NCBI GenBank assembly: GCA_964252035.1
Contig: OZ176205.1
Origin: Podarcis erhardii
Taxonomy: Eukaryota
Length of the DNA stretch: 64,000 nucleotides
Strand: one strand, 5' to 3'
This document shows positions 34,106 to 44,173 of the stretch, in pieces (within the stretch, counting starts at the first letter, position 1; each line of letters begins with the position of its first letter). The position numbers were made by a program, and so were the translations under genes. Below the pieces are notes generated by a model. It did no database searches. It saw only the letters and a list, made by a program, of their open reading frames with translations, and was not told the origin of the DNA.

Positions 34106-37100
34106 GGTGGGACTAAGGCCAAAGAAAAGAGGCTGACCCCTTTGACCAAGCCTCATTTGGTTTTCTTCCTTCCAGGATGTGGCTTTGTAGAGACCTCAGG
34201 CTGGCTAACAGTATGGTAAAAAAAAATTGATACAAAGCAGCAATATCAGTGTTCAATGAGAGGCGAATCAGCAGCATCAGCATTGAGAACCTGCTCATCA
34301 GAATTGCAAATATACATGTGCAGGCCTAATGAAGATTGTGGGCTATTCCAGGCCACCTCTGCTAGACGCCATATTCCAGTTTGAAGCTTTTCTAAGGCCG
34401 TATTTATCACGCACCCTTTTCCAATGAGTCCGTCTAAACTTCCATATATGGCTTGTTAAGTGAAATGGATTATATAAAAATCTGAACATTATGCAATGTG
34501 CCAGTGATGCTTGCTGTTGTGCCTCCCCCCATTTATATATGTTTAGGTTATAGCAGCCTTGTGGTCAACCGCCTTCTTGTTTTGGGAATAAATTTCTGAG
34601 CATTTGGGGAGGGAGGGGGAATGGACATGCCTTTCCCACATAGATTAAAAAACAGCAACAACCCAAGGTCCTTGCTGACAGTAGAAAGCTGCAGTTTGGG
34701 GAATTAATCTGCAGCTGTAGTTTTGTTTGTTGAAAACTCAGGGAAATAGATTTATGGCTCAATGCAATTAATGGAAGACAGCATTCATATAGCTAACACA
34801 CTGGAAGTTTTTGCTTTGAAAGGCATCAGATTTAGCTGTATGAAGTAGAAATCTGTCAATATGGATGATAAAAATTCATGCATCTGATGAAGTAGATTCC
34901 TGTCCATAAAAGTTTATTCAGTAATAAATGTGTTATTCTTTATGGTGCTTTTAGAAGATGATTTTTCCAGGGTAGGAGATGGGCCAATGTTCCCCGTGAG
35001 AGTTAGGCAAAGGCATCTTCCTATCTTGAGAGCAAAGAGGAGATATGTCAGCCTGTTAGCCCAAGGCATTCCCAGATGTGGCCTTGAGGCTAGATTATCT
35101 CTAGCTGTTGCTAAGTGTGTTGTTGTTTTTGACTCCTGCCCAGATTGCGCAATGCACATGACAAATGCATAAACTGAGCCATTTGCCAAGAGCACAAGCC
35201 ATAGATTTTGCACACCAGCTGAAACCTTCACGTCACGCCGATTGAAACCTTCTCAGGGGGTGAGGATGTGTGGCATGACAAACTGCACTTGGTGAATGTG
35301 ACAAATTCCAGAGCCAGTGGAGTGCTGTGGTTGAAGGGCTGGGCTTGCATGGGGGACAGCCATGCTAAAATCCCTGCTCAGCTATGCAGCTGGGTGGCTT
35401 TGAAAAAACAACAACACCCTGTCTGTCTACTTTACAAAGTTGTTGTGGGATTGAAAGGCTCTTTTGAAGGAAGAGTGGGTTCTAAGTGGAGTTGGGTCCA
35501 CTGTGTGTATGATCTGGAGAACAGCTTTCTCAAAGGTGGTTATGTAGCTGGTTTGCACCAGCTCATAGTTGCCTTGCTGTTGTGATGCCTTAACTTCAAA
35601 CAAAGAGAGGGGGGCTTGTATGCAGCACGTTTGTTCTAAAGAATTGCAAGGGTCTGGATTTCTTTTAAAGGTGAAGTAGACATGGCTAAAATCATGCCTG
35701 TCTGCTTTGCCTTTCAGGGCAACCCTGCAATCAAGAGGTTAAAGCTTTCTGGCAGCATAGGTGCTGTTAATGATTGATAACAATGATGCTTTCAGTGGGT
35801 TTTGAAGGAAAATATATTCCACTAGCAGCTGCCCCATGAGAAGCAGCAACGCTTGACTAGCAGATTTTGGACTGGAATCCAAAGAGGAAGGGAGGTAAGC
35901 AGCCATGTGACAACTGTACATGAACATATTATGGTTTACATCATAACCTACACAAGCATTGATGTACAATCCTGCTGGTTGTGGATGTGGTAGCAGTAAT
36001 GTTTGTTATTGAGGCAGCTGGGAAAACCCATTGCCTGCCAGTTATATTCACGACACCCCCCACCCCCCTATCACACTTTATGTTCATTCACTAAAGTCAG
36101 GACTGCTCATGTGAGCAAGAAATCTGTCTGGAGAATCAGGTCTTAGTGTGAGCACTTGTTAAAACACACAGGCAAGCCTCTGTGGGATCCCTTCTCGACC
36201 TTTGATCAATTGCATAACGGGGCCAGTGCCCACATACTTAACAGCTGTGCCTCATTTTCTCTCTGGCATACTTGTAAGAGAAAAGAAATCCAGATGTTTC
36301 AAAAAACATCCAAAAGGCATTGGGCTGAACTAGAAATCCAGAAAGAAGCAGAGTGGTGCTTGTGAGCTGCCATGCCTGGATTCCCTAATGTTTAGGTGAT
36401 ACCGCAAAACATGCTCCCTTCTTTGATGTTGTGTTGAATCAATCATGGGAGGATCTCTGCCTGATTCCCTGCAAACTGATGAGACAGTAGTTGGCAAAGT
36501 CCTAAACACTGGCTTCTCCAGTGCTCATTTAACAGAGGCAACATGCAGAGAGGGCCACACTCCAGCTTAGGGATCGAGGAGGGTTCAAATATACAGTACT
36601 GCAAGATTTCATAGAGTCGTGCATCCTGGGCGCACTGGTTTTCAGAGAGGGACTTTAACCACTGAAGAACCCTTTAAACGGCCATCTGACTAGATGAGTG
36701 ATTCCTTTGGCCCATTCTTTCACTGAGCCACAGTTATTAAAGATATGCATAAACAGGCAGATATGTTTATAGATGTTTGTGTATGTACGTGGTGGGGGTG
36801 GGAGGAAAAAGTGGCTTTTTGGCAGCAGACTGTGCCCCCAATTTATGGTACATACATTTGTAGGGTCAGCTCTAGGTGAGAGTTCTGGTGAACCCAATCC
36901 TGGCAGTGGACCCTGGTGGATTTATCTGGCAGTGGTGGGCAGAAGTGCTCGCTGAGCAGTAGCAGGTAGCTTTAGTGTATCCATCATTTAATTTCCATGC
37001 AGGAACTCCCTCTTCCCTTGCCCTGCTAATCCTTCTCTCCTCTGTTCTCTTGGCAAGCAAAGTTTGACAGCTGATTGTCAGCCCTGCAAAACCCTTTCAG

Positions 37101-37859
37101 ACCGAGGTCTGGGGGTTCCCCACTATGCTAATCCCTCCTGGTATTTTACATGCCTCCAAACAGAGGGAGAGCAGGGGAAAAAGAAGATACAGAAGGCAAA
37201 ACCCACTGGGTGCCAGAATACTGAATGCCAAATGAATTCCCAAAACATGTTGAACATGCCAGTTCTTGCACAGGGGAAATTAACAATTAAGATACGAAAC
37301 CAACACTACAGTCTGATCTGTTCTCCTGTGTGGCTTGGAGTAACTGGGAGGGTTAGTTCAATAACTAAATGGATATGACAATAGCAGTTTTCCCACCCTC
37401 ACAGCATAGAGGAGCTGCTGTTGTTATGAACAGAGAAGAGCCCATTAAAAATGCTGATATGATTTTTTAAAATTTAAATTATTATTTTTGGTGGGGAGAA
37501 GAGTGCATGACAGAAACCATAATGGCTTTTCCGCTAATGGGTGTGTTTTGTGCCCTCTCCTGGCAAATGCAAAGCCCACAGGACTGTCAAAACCCCCTAA
37601 CCCCACTTTTCATTTTAATGAAGAAAAGGGTCTCTCCAGATCCAATATCCTTTTTATTGTGCATTCATGATGATACGTACTCATCATGATATCGGGGCAG
37701 CCACCTGTGGTCCCACTTTCAATTTAGTTTGCAACTGTAGGGCAACTGTAAGGGCAACATTTTGCAGATGGTTTGAAAAAGAGGAATGGAATGGGGAAAG
37801 TGAGTGGAGCAATGAATGTAAACCTTAGCTTTGTATAGCAGACCAGTGTCTGCACACAC

Positions 37860-38070
37860 TCACCCACCCACCTGTCTTTATCCTCTATCCAGACAAGCAA
37901 GAGTCACTATCAGAGTTCAAGGACACATTCCAGCCAGGCAAAAACACTCCAGGAGGGTGTGAAACAAGCCTGGTGAAGGGTTTGGGGAAACAGCATGCAG
38001 CTGGGGAGAATTCAGAGAGCCAGATAGAGAGGCCTGGATGGCCGCATTTGACCCCAGGGCCAGAGATTCC
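37860..38070. mobile_element. hAT-like MITE, right part
   Basis: Similar to 16960-17135 (CCAG(A/G)CAA..AAGAG..ATCAGA.TTCAA.G.CACA..CCAGC..CTCCAGGAGG). Confidence 0.5.
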
Positions 38071-38464
38071 TCACTCTTGCTGTCTTAGATGGGATGGAAT
38101 AATCTCTGCTTCAGAAATACAGCACTATTGCCCAGACTCAAAGGAGGCTCCCTGACAAACTTCTTTAGAATTGTTGCTCTATGCAGGCCTCCTCAGTAGG
38201 TATCCTAGAAGGCAACTTCTGGGGTTGAAACGAGCCCAGTGATTTCCTCTGCGGCCATCGGCGTCAGGTCCGCTCTACTCTGCCTTCCCTCCTCCTCCTC
38301 CTCCATTGCTCCATCTCTCTGCCTGCTTTCCTGCCTCTCTCCCTCTGCTTGCAGTCTTCCCTTCTGCCTCCTTCCTCCCCTCCTGCCTTTTTCCTCCCCC
38401 TGAAACTCTCACGGGCTCTCTCTGTCTTTTTTCCCTCTGAGCCCCAATTCATTCATGCTTCTAA

Positions 38465-38480
38465 TAGTGCCACCTGCTGA
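38465..38480 (-). promoter_or_regulatory. Candidate CTCF site
   Basis: Minus strand TCAGCAGGTGGCACTA matches 13/14 of CCASYAGRKGGCRS. Confidence 0.5.
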
Positions 38481-41072
38481 GTGGGGAGCCCCCTCCCCCC
38501 CATGCATGCTAGTGTCTGGATTTGCCCACTGAGGCACGGAGGATAGCCTGCACGCATTGCCTGCACAGAGCAGTGGATCCTGTGGATGGGTGGGCAGGTT
38601 CTTGGCCACCCTGAGCCAGAGTGGAGAAATGCAATCTCTGTGCCCCACTGGGCCTGTGCTGTTGGTGGGGGCCAACTTAACCAATCCCCTTCCTTTGAGC
38701 TGCCTCTGTTGCAGACATACCCACCTAAAGGAGAGGAGGCAGACTCTTTGGAGAGTGGCACATTCTCACATGCTCTAATAACAAGCTCTTTAAGAGCGAA
38801 GTGTCCCTCCTATTTTTATTCGGGGGGGGGGGAGTGCTTTGGGTCTTGGAAGTTTGTGAAATGCAATCTGTGAAGTGATGCCCACTCATCCCTATATCCT
38901 CTTCCTACCCACACTATTGCCCATGGTGCAGGAATGGGAAACTGCATTAAGGAATGCACCCAGCCATTGAGTCCAGGAAAAGACCACCCTAGTGTGTGAG
39001 GAAACCATGCAAAGAGTGCGTGAGTGCAGCTGTGATTGATTTAGCCAGAATCTGGCTAGCTCGTGGCTCACATCAAAATTCTGGGTTTTGACTAGACTTT
39101 GGTTTTGATGGCACCGAAGGCCAGGGTGGCATAAGATTCCTGCTTTTACCTCTGTTCCACAACCCCTCTATGATCTATAAGTGATGCAAGATTTCAGCTG
39201 CCCTTTTGGAAGTTGTCTTGGCTCACTTAGATGTTTAACTTTCTTGGTGATGTTTTTACAGTCTCGCTGCCTTAAACGTAGTTAGTGGCCCCAGGAATGC
39301 ATGAACTGAAATCCAGGAAGGCTGAACCACCCCTTGCCTCCCATGAGGGGAAGGACAAAGGCCAGCTTCTCTGCCTCACTCGCGTCTCCTTCTCTGTGTG
39401 GCTGCACTGTGGTGTGAGTTTCCATAGCTGCCCCGGGGCCTGGGGTTTGGAGTTTGTTTGCGTTGGACAATTGGAAACAGAGAGGAGGGATTTTCTGTAC
39501 TTATGCGGTTTGCATTCTGCCCGTGAAAAGAAAAATGACCTGCCTAAATGGGGAACCTTGGAGACCACCTGGAAGGCTGGAGCCTTCCAGAGGAGCCTGG
39601 CTGGGTGGCCAACCACCTCCAATCTTCTGAGGCCGTCCCTCAGAGATCCCCAGTTGATTTCAGCTATGGCACGTTGAAGTTATGGCGCAATAACCTGGTG
39701 TAGTGATAGTCAAAGGCAACTTGTCTTCTGCAACATGCCATTAATGGAATAATAGTCCATTTGTGGTGCATTTATACTGGACCTTCCATGCATCATTTCA
39801 CTTTATTAGCTGACCTGCAAAGCCTCCCCAGTATTACCACATTATTGCCACCTGTAGAGGCACTCTTGTGCTATATAGTGCAACAAAAGCAGAACCAAAA
39901 CACGCACAAACATTTGTGGTCAGAAAAGTTGCAGGAATGCAGCAGGAAGCAACAGGACATACACTGACTGGAAATGAAGCAGTGTGTCTGCCTCGAAACA
40001 TTTGCAGGTGCAAGCAGTATGGAAAGCGAGATCACGTATAAGTGCTCTGATACCATCATAAGAACAAATCATCATGAGTGCAGAATAAAAAAGATGACTG
40101 GAGGCACCCTACTAATTCATTACAACAGATGAGCAACAAGTGTGCAAGCTCTGTGTAGTGAACAATTGTTTGGACGCATATCTATAGTGGCTTGTTTGAT
40201 GAAAGCAGTAGTAGTACAGCAGTAATGTCTAGAATCTGGCAGCAGAAGTTGAATACAGGTTTGTGGTTGAGATTTCTCACTAACTCTAAGTCATAACCAA
40301 GGTTTGTTCTTGGCTGAAGCTCCTGATTAGTAAGAAGTGAGATTAACCATGAACCTGGGCTTGGAAAACTTGCTAAGGCTGCATTCAGATGTGGGGTTTG
40401 TTGTGTGAGTCTTTCTGGTTATCATGCTGGTGCTTCAGTCACAATATTCCATTTGCACTGCAGTACCAGTTGCATTATGGAACTGTGGCTTTTGGTGGAT
40501 AAACTGCCACATCACACTACATTTTAAATGGCTGGAATGAATTTGTAGGCTGCAATACTACCCCCATTGTCAACACAAAACTCTCATGATTTTCTGAGCT
40601 AACAGGGTTGCAATTTGAAAAAAAAATTAACACAGAAAGAAGCCCTGAGCTTCTGCTAGATTCTTCTAGATTTCCACAAGTGGCTTATAAATGGTGTGAA
40701 GGCTCACCTAAAACACAAAAATCAACAGGTAAGGAAACAATGGGAAGACAGAATAAAGTGCGGTTGGAATGCAACCTAAGCCAAACCTAGACTTAGTTCA
40801 GTAAAACACGCTGGAGTAAAAAAATGACTGGGAAGGAGCAAACTGGCTGCGAGCTCCTCTCTGGGAACCTGCATATTTGTGCATTCCTGGTAAGCCACAG
40901 TTCAGCTCACTGTGTTGTGCAAAGCTGGCTGTTTTGTGAAGCCAATGCTGCCAACATGATAAAAACCAAAAGTGCACTGGGTTGCTTCCCTGTACCTTGA
41001 AAACTTGTAGGAAGACATTTGCTTTGTTTAATGATATTTGTTTTTCAGGAATGTGTTGTTTGCAAAACCTCC

Positions 41073-41232
41073 TGGTAGAAGGGGAACACCCTAGTGCACG
41101 CAGAAGGTCCCAAATTCAATTCCCAGCATCTCCTGGTAAGGCTAGAAGCATCTCCTGTTTGAAATTCTGGAATGCTGCTGCCATTCAACATAGATAGTGC
41201 TGAACTAAATGGACCCGTTGGCTGGACCCAGT
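41073..41232 (+). mobile_element. tRNA(Ala)-like-headed SINE
   Basis: GCACGCAGAAGGTCCCAAATTCAATTCCCAGCATCTCC then CTCCTGTTTGAAATTCTGGAATGCTGCTGCCA..ATAGTGCTGAACTAAATGGACC. Confidence 0.7.
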
Positions 41233-41316
41233 GGCCTGACCCCAGTAGAAGGCAGCCGCAACATGTGGTGGAGGGGGGGGGGTCATCTTCTCCCCACCTC
41301 ATTCCTGTCCTTAGAT

Positions 41317-41437
41317 TCATAGAATCATATTGTAGAGTTAGAAGTCCAAGCCCTACAGTGCAGGAATATTTTGCCCAGCATGGGGCTTGAAACCATGACC
41401 CCGAGATTCAGAGTCTCATGCTCTACCAACTGAGCTA
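41317..41437 (-). mobile_element. tRNA-Lys(CTT)-derived SINE with CR1-type tail
   Basis: Minus strand TAGCTCAGTTGGTAGAGCATGAGACTCTGAATCTCGGGGTCATGGTTTCAAGCCCCATGCTGGGCA aligns to vertebrate tRNA-Lys-CTT, followed by a CR1-like ATGATTCTATG tail. Confidence 0.8.
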
Positions 41438-41837
41438 ACTCTTGGTCCTATCAAGCACAGTTGCTACTACTGCCAGTAGGAGGGTGCTGCTACTGCTTCA
41501 ACCACCACCTCATGCACCGCTGCTGCTGCTGGGCATCTTCTTGTGTTCCTATGTTTCACGAGAGGGCATGCTGTTCCTGATATCAAGAGAAGATGATGGG
41601 GGACATTATGGATGGCGTTTGCTGTTGTTGTTTTATTAGTAGCCTTAGCCTACCTGATCCTAAAAGGTTCCAGGGAGGTATCAATTCATAAAACATCACC
41701 ACCACACAAACCAGTCAGTTAAAGCAACAGAAACGACTGAAACAATTAATAGTACACATACACCAAAGTGAAGAAGTGGAAAGACTGGGATGGGGTATTT
41801 TTTAAAAAAGGCAGAGGGTAGATGGGAATTAGTTTTT

Positions 41838-41970
41838 CATAGACCATAGAGTTGTAAGGGACCCTGAGGATCATCTAGTCTAACCCCCTGCCATGCAGGA
41901 ATCCTGCCTACAGCCATCCCTGGGTGGACCTGAACCACCAACTTTCTGGTTTATAGCTAGACACACTGAT
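41838..41970 (-). mobile_element. CR1-tailed SINE with a different tRNA-like head
   Basis: CATAGAGTTGTAAGGGACCCTGAGGATCATCTAGTCTAACCCCCTGCCATGCAGG tail; head contains reverse B-box-like CTGAACCACCAAC. Confidence 0.65.
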
Positions 41971-42180
41971 ACATTTCACCACCTGAAAGCAGGACAAAGG
42001 TCTCTTGGAAGATGATATCAGCCTAGGTGTCCTTTTAGGGTAGGGTGGGTAAATCTATTCTGGCCAAAGGCTATTTTACACTGATGGAGAACTGTTGGGG
42101 GCCACATCCTGTAGTGGGTGAGGGAGGGGGCACACACAGCCACACACCCTTTGGACATACACAAAAGCACACACACAGTA

Positions 42181-42531
42181 AAAGGTAAAGGGACCCCCGA
42201 CTGTTAGGTCCAGTCATGACCGACTCTGGGGTTGCAGCGCTCATCTCGCTTTATTGGCCGAGGGAGCCGGCATACAGCTTCCGGGTCATGTGGCCAGCAT
42301 GACTAAGCCACTTCTGGCAAATCAGAGCAGCGCATGGAAACGCCGTTGACCTTCCCGCCGGAGCGGTACCTATTTATCTACTTGCACTTTGATGTGCTTT
42401 CAAACTGCTAGGTTGGCAGGAGCAGGGAGCGAGCAACAGGAGCTCACCCCGTCACGGGGATTTGAACCGCCGACCTTCTGATCGGCAAGTCCTAGGCTCT
42501 GTGGTTTAACCCACAGTGCCACCCGCGTCCC
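42181..42531 (-). mobile_element. Full-length Sauria SINE with 12-bp TSD
   Basis: Head GGGACGCGGGTGGCACTGTGGGTTAAACC, B box GGTTCAAATCCC, ACCTTT tail; TSD ACACACACAGTA at 42169-80 and 42536-47. Confidence 0.95.
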
Positions 42532-43142
42532 TTGTACACACACAGTAGTATATATTTAATTTTTACCTTCCATTTCCCCCCATAGACTCTTTTTTCATCT
42601 CAAGTATTTTTTAAAGGTTCTCTCCAGCACCCTTTATCCGTACTGAAGGTTCAAAAGGCAAAAAAGTACTTCATAATTTTAGCAGTTTAGGGAGATGACT
42701 TGGAAGAGGTTGGGCCCCTCTGAAATTGCACCGGGCTTGGCACAGGATACTGATTCCACCTTATGGGGTAGAAGCAATTGAGCTGGTAATTTAACTGTGC
42801 ATCATGAGAAACTGATGGCTTATTAACTAGTGCTGCTTGCCTGCAGCTCTTTCAGTTGCAGTGAGAGAAACTGTGGGCGATTTTTATGTGTCCCAAGTTT
42901 GTAAAAAATAAAAAGTTTCTCTGTACTTCTAAGTCTTAAGGAGAAACAAAGAGAAGCCACAGAGAGTCATGTTGTAGATACTCCCAAATAAGACCAACCT
43001 TTAAAATATCAGGCTGTTATAGTCCTATTCAATCTCTCATATCTTGGGAAACAAAAAAAGACAGAGACTGGCGAACCTGAGCATTCTTCGCTTATTTAAT
43101 GCATGGAGAAATTGGGCCACTGTTCAGATGTAGTATTAAAGA

Positions 43143-43279
43143 AGGAATGGAGAACCTGTGTCCTACCAGATGTTGTTGGACTCCAACTCCCATCAGTCCC
43201 ATCCAGCATGGCCAACAGTCAGGAATGATCAGAGCTGTAGTTCAACAACATCAGCAGGGCTGCAGATTCTCCATCCCTG
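43143..43279. mobile_element. Palindromic MITE
   Basis: GGAATGGAGAACCTGTG / TGCAGATTCTCCATCCC ends; GGACTCCAACTCCCATCA core. Confidence 0.7.
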
Positions 43280-43331
43280 CATCATAGTTTGGCACCATGT
43301 AAATTAGCGTAGCCCAGGAAGTTAGGGGAAA

Positions 43332-43558
43332 AGCAGTTCGAAAGCACGCCAGTGCAAGTAGATAAATAGGTACCGCTCCAGCAGGAATGTAAACGGCATT
43401 TCCATGTGCTGCTCTGGTTCGCCAGAAGCAGCTTAGTCATGCTGGCCACATGACCTGGAAGCTGTACACCAGCTCCCTTGGCCAATAAAGCGAGATGAGC
43501 GCTGCAACCCCAGAGTCGGCCACGATTGGACCTAATGGTCAGGGGTCCCTTTACCTTT
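43332..43558 (+). mobile_element. 5'-truncated Sauria SINE
   Basis: AGCAGTTCGAAAGCAC..GATAAATAGGTACCGCTCC..GGACCTAATGGTCAGGGGTCCCTTTACCTTT. Confidence 0.92.
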
Positions 43559-43934
43559 TTAAAGTGTGATATGCAGAAAGAAGAAGAGGAAGCCCAGATT
43601 CCTGGCAGGAAGCTAGGCTTGTTTGCATAGCTCTGAAACATGATTTAGCATTACATCAGAATGTCACCACTCAGTAATCTCTGGGAAGTTCATATCCCCG
43701 AGGTTCAGTTCTTCACTTGTAATTACAACATCCCTTAGGATGTTGCCTTATACCAAATTGGACAGTTGGTCCAGCTAGCTGAGTATCATCTACAAAGATG
43801 GGCTGTGGTTCTCAGGGTTTCAGATTGGAGTATTTTCTAACCCCCCAGCCAAAGATACTGGGAGATTACCGGTAAATCCAGGACTTTCTGCATACAAAGC
43901 AGTTGCTCTGCCACTGCATTTGCTCTACAGCCCT

Positions 43935-44173
43935 TAAGAACCTCAGAAGAGCCTTGCTAGATCAGACCAATGTCCCATCTAGTCCAGCATCTTGTTCTCA
44001 CAGTGGTCAACCAGATGCCTGTGGGAAGCCCACAAGCAGGACATGAGCACAGGAGCATTCTTCCCTTCTGCAGTTCCAGCAGCCCTTATTCAGAAGCATA
44101 CTGCATCCTGTCTACTGTGGATGCAAAGCATAGCCCTTGTAGCTAGCAGCTGTTGATAGTCTTCATCCTCTAT
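43935..44173 (-). mobile_element. CR1 3' UTR fragment
   Basis: Reverse complement of the family at 9664-9916. Confidence 0.8.

Noticed and set aside
39042-39058. 17-bp odd palindrome TAGCCAGA-A-TCTGGCTA
   Set aside because: 8-bp arms are within chance expectation for 64 kb.
41362-41437. Functional tRNA-Lys gene
   Set aside because: Acceptor stem and T-arm are mutated, the anticodon loop is altered (CTCTGAA versus CTCTTAA) and it is fused to a CR1 tail; it is a SINE head.
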